A DNA stretch of 64,000 bases from the IMG/VR virus record IMGVR_UViG_3300032082_001293; one strand, 5' to 3'. The notes below the pieces were generated by a model. The model was not told where the DNA came from. It saw only the letters and a list, made by a program, of their open reading frames with translations, and searched no databases. Position numbers and translations under genes: made by a program. Shown piece after piece: positions 8,573 to 17,416 of the stretch; within the stretch, counting starts at the first letter, position 1; each line of letters starts with the position of its first letter. This stretch comes from a virus.

Positions 8573-8911
8573 TCACCAAGTGAATCGAATCTCTGTTTCG
8601 AGTTTAGTCTTTGCTTCTTCGCCTCGTTCACGTTTGCCTTCGAGTTTACCCTTGACAATAAGCGTGTCAGACAAACGAGTCTTATATCCTGCTTCCCAAG
8701 ACGAACCACCTGTCATGTGTCCACCTTCAAAGTAAATCTTGTTGCCAGTGAGTGATTTTTTCTCATAACCGAAACGAGTGTGGTGTACTGCGTCAGTAGA
8801 AGCAAAGTCTTTGAAGACATGTTCTGATTTGATTTCTATATAGGGACTTGCTTTGACTGAACAAGTAGCTAATAAACACAAGACGCCAATTACTATGATT
8901 AAGTATCTCAT
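8573..8911 (-). CDS. exported beta-rich protein, outer-membrane beta-barrel-like
   Basis: Signal peptide, amphipathic beta strands, C-terminal ETEIRFTW aromatic end. Confidence 0.6.
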   Translation of the reverse strand: MRYLIIVIGVLCLLATCSVKASPYIEIKSEHVFKDFASTDAVHHTRFGYEKKSLTGNKIYFEGGHMTGGSSWEAGYKTRLSDTLIVKGKLEGKRERGEEAKTKLETEIRFTW

Positions 8912-8956
8912 ATTAAGATTCCTTAAATTTATTAAAATTCCTTTTTATATAGAAAA

Positions 8957-8975
8957 GATGAGATTAATTCTCATT
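8957..8975. promoter_or_regulatory. Fur-box-like palindrome
   Basis: Minus strand reads AATGAGAAT-T-AATCTCATC, close to the AATGAGAAT-n-ATTCTCATT Fur variant. Confidence 0.45.
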
Positions 8976-9049
8976 AAGTTTTAGCGAACTTAAATAAAAA
9001 ATAACGGTTTCTTTAATAAGTAACGACGAACCTTAACTGAGTCTTAACT

Positions 9050-9319
9050 ATGGAAGCAGTACTTGTGTTTTTGCTTTTAGTTCCAGGTGGTATTGTTGCG
9101 GACGCGTTAGTCAAAAACAAAATCGATGATTGTTGGGAACGCGGAGAATCGTTCTGCGAGTATCGCATGAAACCCTTTAACTCTCTCAAGCGTAAGCGAT
9201 ACCTTGAATCACTAGACGGTGGTATTGATTACAAATTAGAATGTGAAGTTTGGATGGAGTATGATCCTGAGTATGCTAAGACTCTCAAGCAATGCCAACC
9301 CGAACAGCGGGACGTATAA
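9050..9319 (+). CDS. hypothetical membrane protein
   Basis: N-terminal hydrophobic segment, Cys pairs; fills the gap before a terminator. Confidence 0.55.
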   Translation: MEAVLVFLLLVPGGIVADALVKNKIDDCWERGESFCEYRMKPFNSLKRKRYLESLDGGIDYKLECEVWMEYDPEYAKTLKQCQPEQRDV

Positions 9320-9343
9320 AAAAAAGGGCACCCGTAGGTGCCC
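9318..9343 (-). terminator. rho-independent terminator
   Basis: GGGCACC-TACG-GGTGCCC followed by T8 on minus strand. Confidence 0.85.
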
Positions 9344-9353
9344 TCCCGCTGAG

Positions 9354-9464
9354 TCAGAATACTACAAACCCCAACACCAACCCTATGTTCAGTCCAATAC
9401 TGCACATAAGAAGGAACTGGTGACTGTATCGGACTTCGCGGGTTTCAAAAACCCTGCAGCCCAT
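9354..9464 (-). CDS. small membrane peptide, 36 aa
   Basis: Manual ORF MGCRVFETREVRYSHQFLLMCSIGLNIGLVLGFVVF, GGAG SD. Confidence 0.55.
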   Translation of the reverse strand: MGCRVFETREVRYSHQFLLMCSIGLNIGLVLGFVVF

Positions 9465-9671
9465 TTACTCCTCCTCATCTAACACGATATAAGCGATATT
9501 TGATTTGTTCAAATGAACCTCAGCACCGCTTGGTTGAATGAAAGGTATGAACATTCTATCATCGTTCATAATCCAAGGAATGACATCCTCAGATTTGAGC
9601 GTGTGAGTTTCTTCACCCGTCAATCTACCATGTATCGTGTTTCCATTAACAAACGTTACTTTAACACGCAT
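9465..9671 (-). CDS. DUF6812-like / Sm-like small protein
   Basis: VKVTFVNG..IHGRL...MNDDRMFIP...HLNKSNIAYI. Confidence 0.6.
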   Translation of the reverse strand: MRVKVTFVNGNTIHGRLTGEETHTLKSEDVIPWIMNDDRMFIPFIQPSGAEVHLNKSNIAYIVLDEEE

Positions 9672-9690
9672 GAGTCTGTACTCCCTATCC

Positions 9691-10149
9691 TTAGTCAGCG
9701 AGAGGGTTGTCCAGTGCAGTTTGAATCTTACTATTCAAGCGATCTTCAACCGCTTTGATTTTCAGTTCTGTATCTGTCTGTAAACTCTCCCTACGATTGT
9801 CAAAACGTTCAGTCGCCTTGTCAATCATATCTTTGACTTTATCTTCCATTTCCCGATTCTGGTCTTCGATTCTGTCCACATTCTTCTCCATCCGATTGAA
9901 GTCATCTCTCAGATCGTTCTTAATGCTTCTTGAGTAATCAATCGCTTCATCTAGTTTTGTTTCGATGACATTGTTTCGTGCTTCTATCTCTCCCACATCG
10001 ATATTCTGGATTATCTCCTTCATGTCCATGTAGTCCTTATAGAATTCGAAACCACCCCAAAGCGCACCACCCGCAGTGGATAATGCTGTGAGAAGAATCA
10101 TCATCTTCCCACCTTTGAAGGTCATTCCTGCAAATTCTACTTCAGCCAT
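9691..10149 (-). CDS. membrane-anchored coiled-coil protein
   Basis: TM segment at about residues 16-35, then heptad-rich acidic/basic coil. Confidence 0.7.
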   Translation of the reverse strand: MAEVEFAGMTFKGGKMMILLTALSTAGGALWGGFEFYKDYMDMKEIIQNIDVGEIEARNNVIETKLDEAIDYSRSIKNDLRDDFNRMEKNVDRIEDQNREMEDKVKDMIDKATERFDNRRESLQTDTELKIKAVEDRLNSKIQTALDNPLAD

Positions 10150-10151
10150 GT

Positions 10152-10619
10152 TTACTCCTCATCGTCAGCAAACTGCAAATTACGCAGCTGCGCGACCTCT
10201 GCTTGTAATCTTTGTATCTCTAGTCTTCTTCTTTCGAGTTCCAGCTTATAGAGAGTGTTACAGTTAAGACGTTCTTTAGGTTTGTCTAGCGGAATCGTAA
10301 TCTTCGCATAGACGCCAACGTCTTTGACAAGTTCGTTCGAGTCGTAATAGTCCGGCATGGTATAGGAACTTCCGAACCTATTATTGTACGGACCATTTTG
10401 GTTTAGAATACCCACAACGCCAAACTCTAGTGCCGTAGCACCACCGATAGCGTTAGAGCACTCTAAGTTACCCGCTCTTACTCTGTCTGATGCATATGAA
10501 CCCGGCGATGACGGTAATGCCAAGTTCAAAGAACTTGACTCCGCATACACTCGGTCACATACAAACAACAACAACACAAATAACAATATTCTCATAAGTT
10601 TCATTTCACTTTCGAGCAA
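10152..10619 (-). CDS. exported protein with Cys pair and C-terminal coiled coil
   Basis: Signal peptide; SLNLALP, ECSNAIG, ITIPL, NCNTLY motifs. Confidence 0.7.
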   Translation of the reverse strand: MLESEMKLMRILLFVLLLFVCDRVYAESSSLNLALPSSPGSYASDRVRAGNLECSNAIGGATALEFGVVGILNQNGPYNNRFGSSYTMPDYYDSNELVKDVGVYAKITIPLDKPKERLNCNTLYKLELERRRLEIQRLQAEVAQLRNLQFADDEE

Positions 10620-10978
10620 ATCCTCGAAGCCATAATTGATTTCGTAGATCCGTCTTGGAGTGTCAGAGACTTAGTGCAAATATAAGTTACTCTATCTCTG
10701 TTCTTCTCCTGAATATAGACATCAAATCTCTTTGTATCAAGATACTCTACATTAATAACTTTCCCGCCTTGGACAATAAACGGAATCTTGTTCCACTCAC
10801 TGTCATAAACGTTTACCCTATAATACCTAATGTCATCACGCTTATTGAATAGTTTCATACTTGCCTTCAACGCACCCGTAATATGAGTTGTTTCCAACTT
10901 CGGGTATGTTGGAGTAAAGTCGTGGGCAAGCGAGGCTTGCCCACTTAGTAACGTCAACAACAACATGATCTTTTTCAT
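10601..10978 (-). CDS. exported protein, fimbrial chaperone (PapD-N)-like
   Basis: Signal peptide, AHDFTPTYP start, LFN...YYRVNVYD...IPF beta pattern. Confidence 0.5.
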   Translation of the reverse strand: MKKIMLLLTLLSGQASLAHDFTPTYPKLETTHITGALKASMKLFNKRDDIRYYRVNVYDSEWNKIPFIVQGGKVINVEYLDTKRFDVYIQEKNRDRVTYICTKSLTLQDGSTKSIMASRICSKVK

Positions 10979-10988
10979 ATGATTTTCC

Positions 10989-11492
10989 TTAAATTGCGAT
11001 ACACTCAGCAGTTACAACCGCTTGGTACTGACCGCCAGGAAACGCCTTATTGTACCCATAATCAGCTTCTGATTCTACTTTAAACCACGTAGAACCTGCG
11101 ATTGAAAGGTCAATTTCGGTTACGTTATCATACTCTACTTTACTGGTATCATAAGCAGACATCCCGGCATCGCTAACTTGGTCAACAGACGTGCTGCCAG
11201 TCCAAGTAACGACATCGTTCAAGACAGGAGATTCGGTAAAGGAAGTAGGATGAGAAATTCGAGCCATATAATAATCAGCCTGAATCACATCAAACCGTAC
11301 AACCGGATGTACACCGCCAGATGCACTCGCCGTAGTGAGTACTTCGGGTGATGCGTTACCGTAAACTCCCGCAGTGTCTTGCGTTACGATGCACTTAGAT
11401 TCCACTGAACCGCTAATGGGAATCTCTTCCGCAAACGCACTAGCACAAAAGGTCATAAGTACCGCCAATGATATAAAAGTTTTATTGAACAT
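10989..11492 (-). CDS. exported fimbrial-subunit-like protein
   Basis: Signal peptide, IPISGSVESKCIV N-strand, C-terminal GQYQAVVTAEC. Confidence 0.55.
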   Translation of the reverse strand: MFNKTFISLAVLMTFCASAFAEEIPISGSVESKCIVTQDTAGVYGNASPEVLTTASASGGVHPVVRFDVIQADYYMARISHPTSFTESPVLNDVVTWTGSTSVDQVSDAGMSAYDTSKVEYDNVTEIDLSIAGSTWFKVESEADYGYNKAFPGGQYQAVVTAECIAI

Positions 11493-11519
11493 TGCTGTTC
11501 TCCCTTTTTGGTTTGTTTA

Positions 11520-12410
11520 CTACTTTTCATACTGTAGTCGGACAAGTTCTTGATGCTTCATTTCTGAAGCAAGCCCTTGTCTCAATCCTCTGCTGTTCGA
11601 TGGTATCTTTCCGTCAGGTGGCATTGCCCCATCCGGATAAGATCCTCCGACCAGTTGAGCTTGGTAAGACTGAGGTAGTTGTCGTATTGCCATCAACATA
11701 TCGTGCAAGCGTTGTGCATCACCTGCTATGTCAGTCTCATTAGCAATACCGAGTAACTGCTCCAGTCTCTTTTCAATTTCTTCTACTTTCTCTAAAGCCT
11801 TTTGCCTAGCCTTTTCTTTCTCGTCATCTTCTTGTGCTTTCCTATTTGCTTTCCGATCCAACTCTTCTTGTACCACATCGTCTTCAAGAGGATCATAAAC
11901 TTCGACCTCGTTTAATTCAATCACAAAAGGGTCCTGATAGCCTGGACACTGAGGATTAGACTGAGGGTCAAAACAAGGGTCATACTGATATGTGTAATAC
12001 ACTTCCGGATTTTTGACCGTACCAAACCCCTCAACCTCAATTGACCCAGCACCCCAGTAAGAGATGTCGATGTAATCTACAGGCACCGCTTTGTTAATTG
12101 AATTGCCTGGTATACCCGACCAATCATCAGTCGAACGAAAAATATAACCAGGCCCTCGTGCATTTTCGTTCTGCACATGAACCAACATATCGTCCTCAGT
12201 GTTCTTCTCAACTTCGTATCGATACACTACATTGCTTACCTGCAACCCTGCCTGCTGTGGGAGCACACGAGTCATTACCCAGTTCAAACCAAACTGTGCA
12301 GCATTGTTCGTTGTCCCGTAAACAGGTGAGGTGTCAAACTCTTCAGATAAGGAGTAACAAGAGTAAACTAGCAACACCAGCACCGCCAAGCAGCGTCTTA
12401 GTACCTTCAT
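11520..12410 (-). CDS. exported hypothetical protein
   Basis: Signal peptide, beta-rich domain, CFDPQSNPQCPGY, charged helical region. Confidence 0.7.
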   Translation of the reverse strand: MKVLRRCLAVLVLLVYSCYSLSEEFDTSPVYGTTNNAAQFGLNWVMTRVLPQQAGLQVSNVVYRYEVEKNTEDDMLVHVQNENARGPGYIFRSTDDWSGIPGNSINKAVPVDYIDISYWGAGSIEVEGFGTVKNPEVYYTYQYDPCFDPQSNPQCPGYQDPFVIELNEVEVYDPLEDDVVQEELDRKANRKAQEDDEKEKARQKALEKVEEIEKRLEQLLGIANETDIAGDAQRLHDMLMAIRQLPQSYQAQLVGGSYPDGAMPPDGKIPSNSRGLRQGLASEMKHQELVRLQYEK

Positions 12411-12906
12411 TCATCCCTTCCTTTTCTTTCATGCCAGGTTGAGCTTCTTCATTGGTAACCCATGCTGCTTTTGCTTGCTCCCCAATCAATCCGTCATACG
12501 GACATGGTGTGCCAGCCATCATCATCGCGTCAAAGACTCTTGGGTCTTGACACATCGTAGAAACTGCTGCGACTTTCATACCCATATCGTACAAAGTCTT
12601 AGACAGTTTGAGTCGTTCACAGTTCTCGTCTGTTACCTGAGTGCCAGTCGAGATACCTAGAATCTGTGTTTGAATTGCACCAGCAACTCCGAACGTACAT
12701 AAGTCTGAGTTTGACGTATTAATCGTTGGAGTAATAGCTGACGCGGGTGGCGACTTTAAAGTCGTTGTCGTTGTCGAGTTTGTATTCACATTGCTATCTG
12801 TGATTGATTCAGTTCGAATCGTGTCATCAGGGGGTGTCACTTCTTGTCCAAATGTCACACTCGCACAGAAAGCCATAACAAAGAATAGTAAGTATCGCAT
12901 TACCAT
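12343..12906 (-). CDS. exported Cys-rich protein with C-terminal membrane anchor
   Basis: Signal peptide, Thr/Ser tract, SDLC..G, NCERLKL, MCQD, GTPCP, hydrophobic C-terminus. Confidence 0.75.
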   Translation of the reverse strand: MVMRYLLFFVMAFCASVTFGQEVTPPDDTIRTESITDSNVNTNSTTTTTLKSPPASAITPTINTSNSDLCTFGVAGAIQTQILGISTGTQVTDENCERLKLSKTLYDMGMKVAAVSTMCQDPRVFDAMMMAGTPCPYDGLIGEQAKAAWVTNEEAQPGMKEKEGMNEGTKTLLGGAGVASLLLLLLI

Positions 12907-12928
12907 ATCCTAGTTATAATGTCAGGTA

Positions 12929-12936
12929 TATTTATA
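12929..12936 (-). promoter_or_regulatory. T4-type late promoter
   Basis: TATAAATA 23 nt upstream of ORF 12343..12906. Confidence 0.8.
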
Positions 12937-12940
12937 AGAT

Positions 12941-14494
12941 TTAATCTTCAATCCAAGACATAGAGATAGCATTACGAGTTATTTGCTGGGAACTTCTAAT
13001 CAGAACAGACACTTCATTGCCTGGAGGGATTGCAATTCGAAGGTCTTCTAGAACTTGAGTACCTGAACCACCCGCTTCAACATCAAAGATATACATTAAT
13101 CTTTGGTCTCCCAATGTCACTACGGAAGTTGTATTAGAGGTGGATACTGAAGAAAATTCGTTTATAGAGTTGAACTCTCTGGTGTCTGCTACTCCTGTTG
13201 GGTTTAGAATTAGAGCAACTGTAACAGGACCAGTACCACTAAAAGCGCAATTAATATTTTTTAATATTATTTCTCTTGTGTTGATTTTGTTTCTAAACAC
13301 TCTATTATTGGCCGCTGTTAAAACGTGATACCAAGTGTTGGCATTTAGGTTAGTAGTACTTTCTCGGAAAGTTGCAGTTGGTAATTTTGTAGTATTGATC
13401 AGTCCTTCGATAGCACCCATCATCGACGCACCTTCAACCACAATACTTGTACCATCACCACCCAGTGATGCGGCAACATAACCAATTTTCAGAGAAGGGT
13501 TATCGATGTGAACATCAGTGTTACGGTTACTATAATGCTCGTGATGAAAATGAATCATATCACCATTGGTGGGATTCTCGATAGCATAACGAATCTCTCC
13601 AGCGCCCAACCAACGGAAGTTGATTTGATACACATTGAGTTTCTGTGGGTCGATAGTAACTTTGGATGGACCATTTCCATCTAAAGTGTCTTGATTAAAT
13701 TCTGCTTGAGGAGTCCATAGATCCGTGTGTGCCACACCTGTTTGTTGAGTAGTAAGTGTAGCAGAAGTACCAGTGTAACTAAAAGCACCTGCTTTGGGAC
13801 CAACACTTGTTGCCAAGAAACAAACTTTATCGTCGTAAGTTTCAACAATCCAACTAGCATTACCCGCAAAAGCATCTGCAATTTTTACTGCCGCTTCTTG
13901 ATTAGTATCAGTAGAAAGAATTGCTACTCCAGTGCTAACACCGTCCAGTTCTACCTGTACAGTTTCAGTTGCAGTGGCAGTTACAGTGAGAATTTCAATA
14001 TGTGCTTTACCGCCGTTCTGTCTCAGAACACCAAACGATGTTCCATCATAACCAACCTGAACTGCTTGTTCTTGTGTAAAGAAACCCGCACGTTGTGTAT
14101 ACCCAGCAACACCAGTACTAAACTTTGCGGTGAATCTTCCCAGTGCACCTTGGCCGGGACGATATCTAACAGCACGTCGAGAACGAATAACCCCATAGGA
14201 ACCAATACCGGTCGCATCAGTTGTCACTTGCATCAATGTGTCAGTGGTAGTTGCGGTGCCTGGATTTCCGGTAAAGGTGCCGGTAAAGGTTTCAAACAGT
14301 TGTGGATCTAATCCGTAAAGTCCATCCAATTGAAAAACTGGATTGACCGGAATAGAAATATTCTCACCAAAAGCAGATCGTGAAGTCGCACCTTCGTTGT
14401 GAATACGACCATATTGGTCTGCGACCATCTGAACTTCGTATAACACATTGTTATTTCGGTTCAGCGTCTGTTTATTGGTATCAAACTGCGCCAT
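12941..14494 (-). CDS. virion structural protein (tail/baseplate-associated beta-rich)
   Basis: MAQF...YEV.M.AD leader and SAFGE, RYRPGQG motifs seen in T4-like marine virion proteins; Thr/Gly-rich. Confidence 0.6.
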   Translation of the reverse strand: MAQFDTNKQTLNRNNNVLYEVQMVADQYGRIHNEGATSRSAFGENISIPVNPVFQLDGLYGLDPQLFETFTGTFTGNPGTATTTDTLMQVTTDATGIGSYGVIRSRRAVRYRPGQGALGRFTAKFSTGVAGYTQRAGFFTQEQAVQVGYDGTSFGVLRQNGGKAHIEILTVTATATETVQVELDGVSTGVAILSTDTNQEAAVKIADAFAGNASWIVETYDDKVCFLATSVGPKAGAFSYTGTSATLTTQQTGVAHTDLWTPQAEFNQDTLDGNGPSKVTIDPQKLNVYQINFRWLGAGEIRYAIENPTNGDMIHFHHEHYSNRNTDVHIDNPSLKIGYVAASLGGDGTSIVVEGASMMGAIEGLINTTKLPTATFRESTTNLNANTWYHVLTAANNRVFRNKINTREIILKNINCAFSGTGPVTVALILNPTGVADTREFNSINEFSSVSTSNTTSVVTLGDQRLMYIFDVEAGGSGTQVLEDLRIAIPPGNEVSVLIRSSQQITRNAISMSWIED

Positions 14495-15021
14495 TAGTTG
14501 CTCTTATTGTTCCAAAGATCGAATAATGTTTCAATCTTCTCGGCTTGAGTTTCAATCTCAGATTCGTGACGAGATTGTGTAATTTCCATTCTATTGAAAT
14601 CTTTCAGCTGCGTCTCTAACAACTGAATACGAGTTTCAAGATACTTTATCTTTATCTCTTGTTCATTATTTATCTTAACTGATTGTTGTACCTCTTCAGG
14701 TGGTGCCCAGTTGTTTCGGAATTCAGTATTAACCTCAACCACTTTTTCGAGTGCTTGAATCTTACTGTTCTGAATCATATCATCGGGCAATGCACCTAAC
14801 TCTCCAAGAGGCCACTTCTGTCTAAAATGAGAGTTCTGTTCAATATATTGACTTGCCAAGGTCAAGTCTCGCTCGAGAAAAGTGATGCGTTCTACCAGTT
14901 GGAAATAACCCATCACAACAATGCCCGCTGTGATAATTAATCCAATCAAATTACGAAGCGGTATAGTGATAGCAGAGTCTTCGCTTACATCAAAACTTTT
15001 ATTCTTCATCTTCTTCTTCAA
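14494..15021 (-). CDS. membrane-anchored coiled-coil protein
   Basis: One TM, internal N..FR..W repeat; real start probably MKNKSF. Confidence 0.6.
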   Translation of the reverse strand: MKKKMKNKSFDVSEDSAITIPLRNLIGLIITAGIVVMGYFQLVERITFLERDLTLASQYIEQNSHFRQKWPLGELGALPDDMIQNSKIQALEKVVEVNTEFRNNWAPPEEVQQSVKINNEQEIKIKYLETRIQLLETQLKDFNRMEITQSRHESEIETQAEKIETLFDLWNNKSN

Positions 15022-15148
15022 CTACAATAACACATTGTAAATGTTCTTCTCGAATTTCGATTGTTTCTTTTGGTTCGATAATATCAACAATCTTAGTACC
15101 GACCCATGAACCAAAAGTAATTAGAACACCTATCAAAATGTATTCCAT
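14999..15148 (-). CDS. small membrane protein, 49 aa
   Basis: Manual ORF MEYILIGVLITFGSWVG...EEEDEE. Confidence 0.6.
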   Translation of the reverse strand: MEYILIGVLITFGSWVGTKIVDIIEPKETIEIREEHLQCVIVVEEEDEE

Positions 15149-15489
15149 TACTCTTTCTTCTTATTACCCACCGCATCAGCCGCAAAGAATGCAGACACTA
15201 ACACTGCAATAGAGGCAAAATATGTTGGTGCAATATCAGCAATCAAACTTGCTGCGGTATCTAAACCAAACAATGATGTGCAGAAAATACCAAAAGGATA
15301 TAACAACAATCCTATTAATGAAAACCAAGCCATCTTACGAATAGCATCACGTTGTGCATCTTGGTCTTCTAGTTCTTTCCTTTTAAACTCTAAGTCCATA
15401 TGTGCTTCGAGTTCGTCCATAGAGATGTGTCCATCTCCGTTAGCATCCGCTGCGGCTAATTTTTCATCAACTGTTTTCTTTGCTGCCAT
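15148..15489 (-). CDS. EF-hand-like loop plus two TM segments
   Basis: DANGDGHISMDE loop, two hydrophobic helices. Confidence 0.65.
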   Translation of the reverse strand: MAAKKTVDEKLAAADANGDGHISMDELEAHMDLEFKRKELEDQDAQRDAIRKMAWFSLIGLLLYPFGIFCTSLFGLDTAASLIADIAPTYFASIAVLVSAFFAADAVGNKKKE

Positions 15490-15625
15490 CTTTCTTTACC
15501 TCTTCGTCGTTTGATTGTTCGGCATCATCATTAAAATAATGTTTTGTCCAATCATGATGAAGAGGGGCTACACCATTCACGGGAGCCTCATGCAACATTT
15601 TCACATCAGATTCTTTGTTACTCAT
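15467..15625 (-). CDS. hypothetical protein, 52 aa
   Basis: Manual ORF MSNKESDVKMLHEAPVNG... filling the gap, overlapping start/stop. Confidence 0.5.
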   Translation of the reverse strand: MSNKESDVKMLHEAPVNGVAPLHHDWTKHYFNDDAEQSNDEEVKKDGSKENS

Positions 15626-16455
15626 TTTGTTGTGTCTTTGGGTTTCTCAGGATTAAGATGACCTACACGTTTTTCGCCTGGACGCAACTTGGAAAGTTTA
15701 GTAACTCGACCTGCCTTTGAAGCATCGTCGTGACCTTTTTCTTCTGTGTCATCGACTTCGGGATTCTCCATATCATGGTCTTTCGCCATATCCTTTGCCG
15801 CTTTACCCTTATACTTGTCAAGCATGGTTTCACCCTTTGCAGCACCCTTAGAACGTTCTGCGTAGGTCTTACCTTCTTTCATTTTTTTCTTAGAAGCGTG
15901 TGAATGATTCTTTTCTGAGACAATCGTGAGTTCTTCGACAGGAACATCAAACTCAACACCGTGTTCAAACATTACATCGTAGTGAGTGACGATGGCAGTA
16001 CCGTCTTCTTGTTCTACTAATGTATGTTCGCCCGGAATACACTCACCATAACCCCACTGTTCAGATGTTACGTGTGATGCACAATCGTGCTTGAGAGCTT
16101 TAGTTGCTGACTTATCGTCCATATCTTCTTCAGACATTTTCTTCTTTTCAGCAGAGTCGTACTTAGAACATTCGGGGTCGTGATTCTCTGAAGAACCGCC
16201 ACACTCAGCACACTTCTTCATACCATCCTTATCCATATCCTGTTCGACTTCTTCACTCTTAGCAATTGCCTTACGACGCTTGTGAAGATACTCATCTGAT
16301 GAATCGACATCACCATCATTGTCGATGTCTTTGTCATCACGGTCAGCGTGTTTGCCTTTCAATTCATCTTTATCGACAGGATCAAGTTTTTTATTTTTTT
16401 TCTCAACAACTTCCTGCCAAGCTGCTGTGATACTATCAATTAATTTACGATCCAT
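15622..16455 (-). CDS. probable prohead core/internal head protein
   Basis: Highly charged; DKDIDNDGDVDSSDEYLHKRRKAI and HYDVMFEHG modules typical of T4-like head proteins. Confidence 0.6.
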   Translation of the reverse strand: MDRKLIDSITAAWQEVVEKKNKKLDPVDKDELKGKHADRDDKDIDNDGDVDSSDEYLHKRRKAIAKSEEVEQDMDKDGMKKCAECGGSSENHDPECSKYDSAEKKKMSEEDMDDKSATKALKHDCASHVTSEQWGYGECIPGEHTLVEQEDGTAIVTHYDVMFEHGVEFDVPVEELTIVSEKNHSHASKKKMKEGKTYAERSKGAAKGETMLDKYKGKAAKDMAKDHDMENPEVDDTEEKGHDDASKAGRVTKLSKLRPGEKRVGHLNPEKPKDTTK

Positions 16456-16467
16456 GTCGTACTACTC

Positions 16468-16764
16468 CTAGACTAATTTTACAACTTCGTTAATTAATGC
16501 AACAATAATTGCTGCACCCACACCCCATGTAACCCTTGAAACGATATCTACTCTTGCTTTGACATCGTGCATACATTCGTGTACATGGTCCAGTTTCTCA
16601 GAAAACTTGTTTGCTCTCTGATGAGACTCCTCTCTTCGCATCTCAAGGTCTTCTATCTTGGTGCTCATTACGGCAGTGGTTGTGGTTAAATCACCCACCG
16701 CGTTTGTAATCTTGTCAATTTTCTCTTCAATGCGTTCAAGACGCTTTGCTTGTGTTTCTGCCAT
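16468..16764 (-). CDS. coiled-coil protein with C-terminal TM (XhlA/holin-like)
   Basis: RLERIEEKIDK coil, C-terminal hydrophobic helix. Confidence 0.55.
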   Translation of the reverse strand: MAETQAKRLERIEEKIDKITNAVGDLTTTTAVMSTKIEDLEMRREESHQRANKFSEKLDHVHECMHDVKARVDIVSRVTWGVGAAIIVALINEVVKLV

Positions 16765-16770
16765 TCTACC

Positions 16771-17034
16771 TTATTCCTGAATGTCTATTACTAAATCGTT
16801 CATTCCTTTAATGACTCTATGATACATCATTGCAGGAATATGGTATTGTTCACCTTCTATTAACTCTATCGGCAATTCACCATTGTACTGCAACTGCCAA
16901 CCTTGTCCTTCTAATACCGTGATAACTCTATCTTGTCTATCACGATGCCATTCAAACTCTTCGGATTGATTGTGTATCGTTCTTATACTTTCGTTATCAG
17001 TATAAGGTTTACCAGAAGTAGTTTCCACCACCAC
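16771..17034 (-). CDS. small cupin-fold protein
   Basis: WHRD, VLEG, HIP...YHRV. Confidence 0.7.
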   Translation of the reverse strand: MVVETTSGKPYTDNESIRTIHNQSEEFEWHRDRQDRVITVLEGQGWQLQYNGELPIELIEGEQYHIPAMMYHRVIKGMNDLVIDIQE

Positions 17035-17416
17035 TCAATCCTAATTGTTTTGCATAACGAGGTAAACGACACGCCCAATAGGCTGCCGTTGTCTTATCAT
17101 TCTGTTGCGAACACTTATGTCTCGCAGCAAACGACTTACGGGCTTTAGGGTCATTCAACTTAACCTTTAACCCTGTAGTATCTCCCCAAGTAACTTTCTT
17201 AATGTTACCCGTTGAGGGGTCCTTGACATATACGTAATACTTTTTAGGACCACCTGCCTTTGGTTTGTTCAACTCAGGTTGCGCCTCTTCAAACATAGGT
17301 CGTTCAAGAGGAACGTTTCTACCTTCGAACAAAGCGAACTCTGGTTCGGCATCAAAGTCGGGTTCACGGCAATCGTCGCAACACGCTTCGTTAATAAACG
17401 CCTTAAATGTTTTCAC
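17009..17416 (-). CDS. internal head protein-like
   Basis: Leader MKTFKAFINE; KSFAARHKC...AYWAC module. Confidence 0.7.
   Translation of the reverse strand: MKTFKAFINEACCDDCREPDFDAEPEFALFEGRNVPLERPMFEEAQPELNKPKAGGPKKYYVYVKDPSTGNIKKVTWGDTTGLKVKLNDPKARKSFAARHKCSQQNDKTTAAYWACRLPRYAKQLGLSGGGNYFW

Noticed and set aside
13727-14311. 194-aa plus-strand ORF and many other 60-165 aa antisense or alternate-frame ORFs in the track
   Set aside because: They lie entirely within well-supported minus-strand genes, have shadow-ORF composition, and lack an SD or motifs
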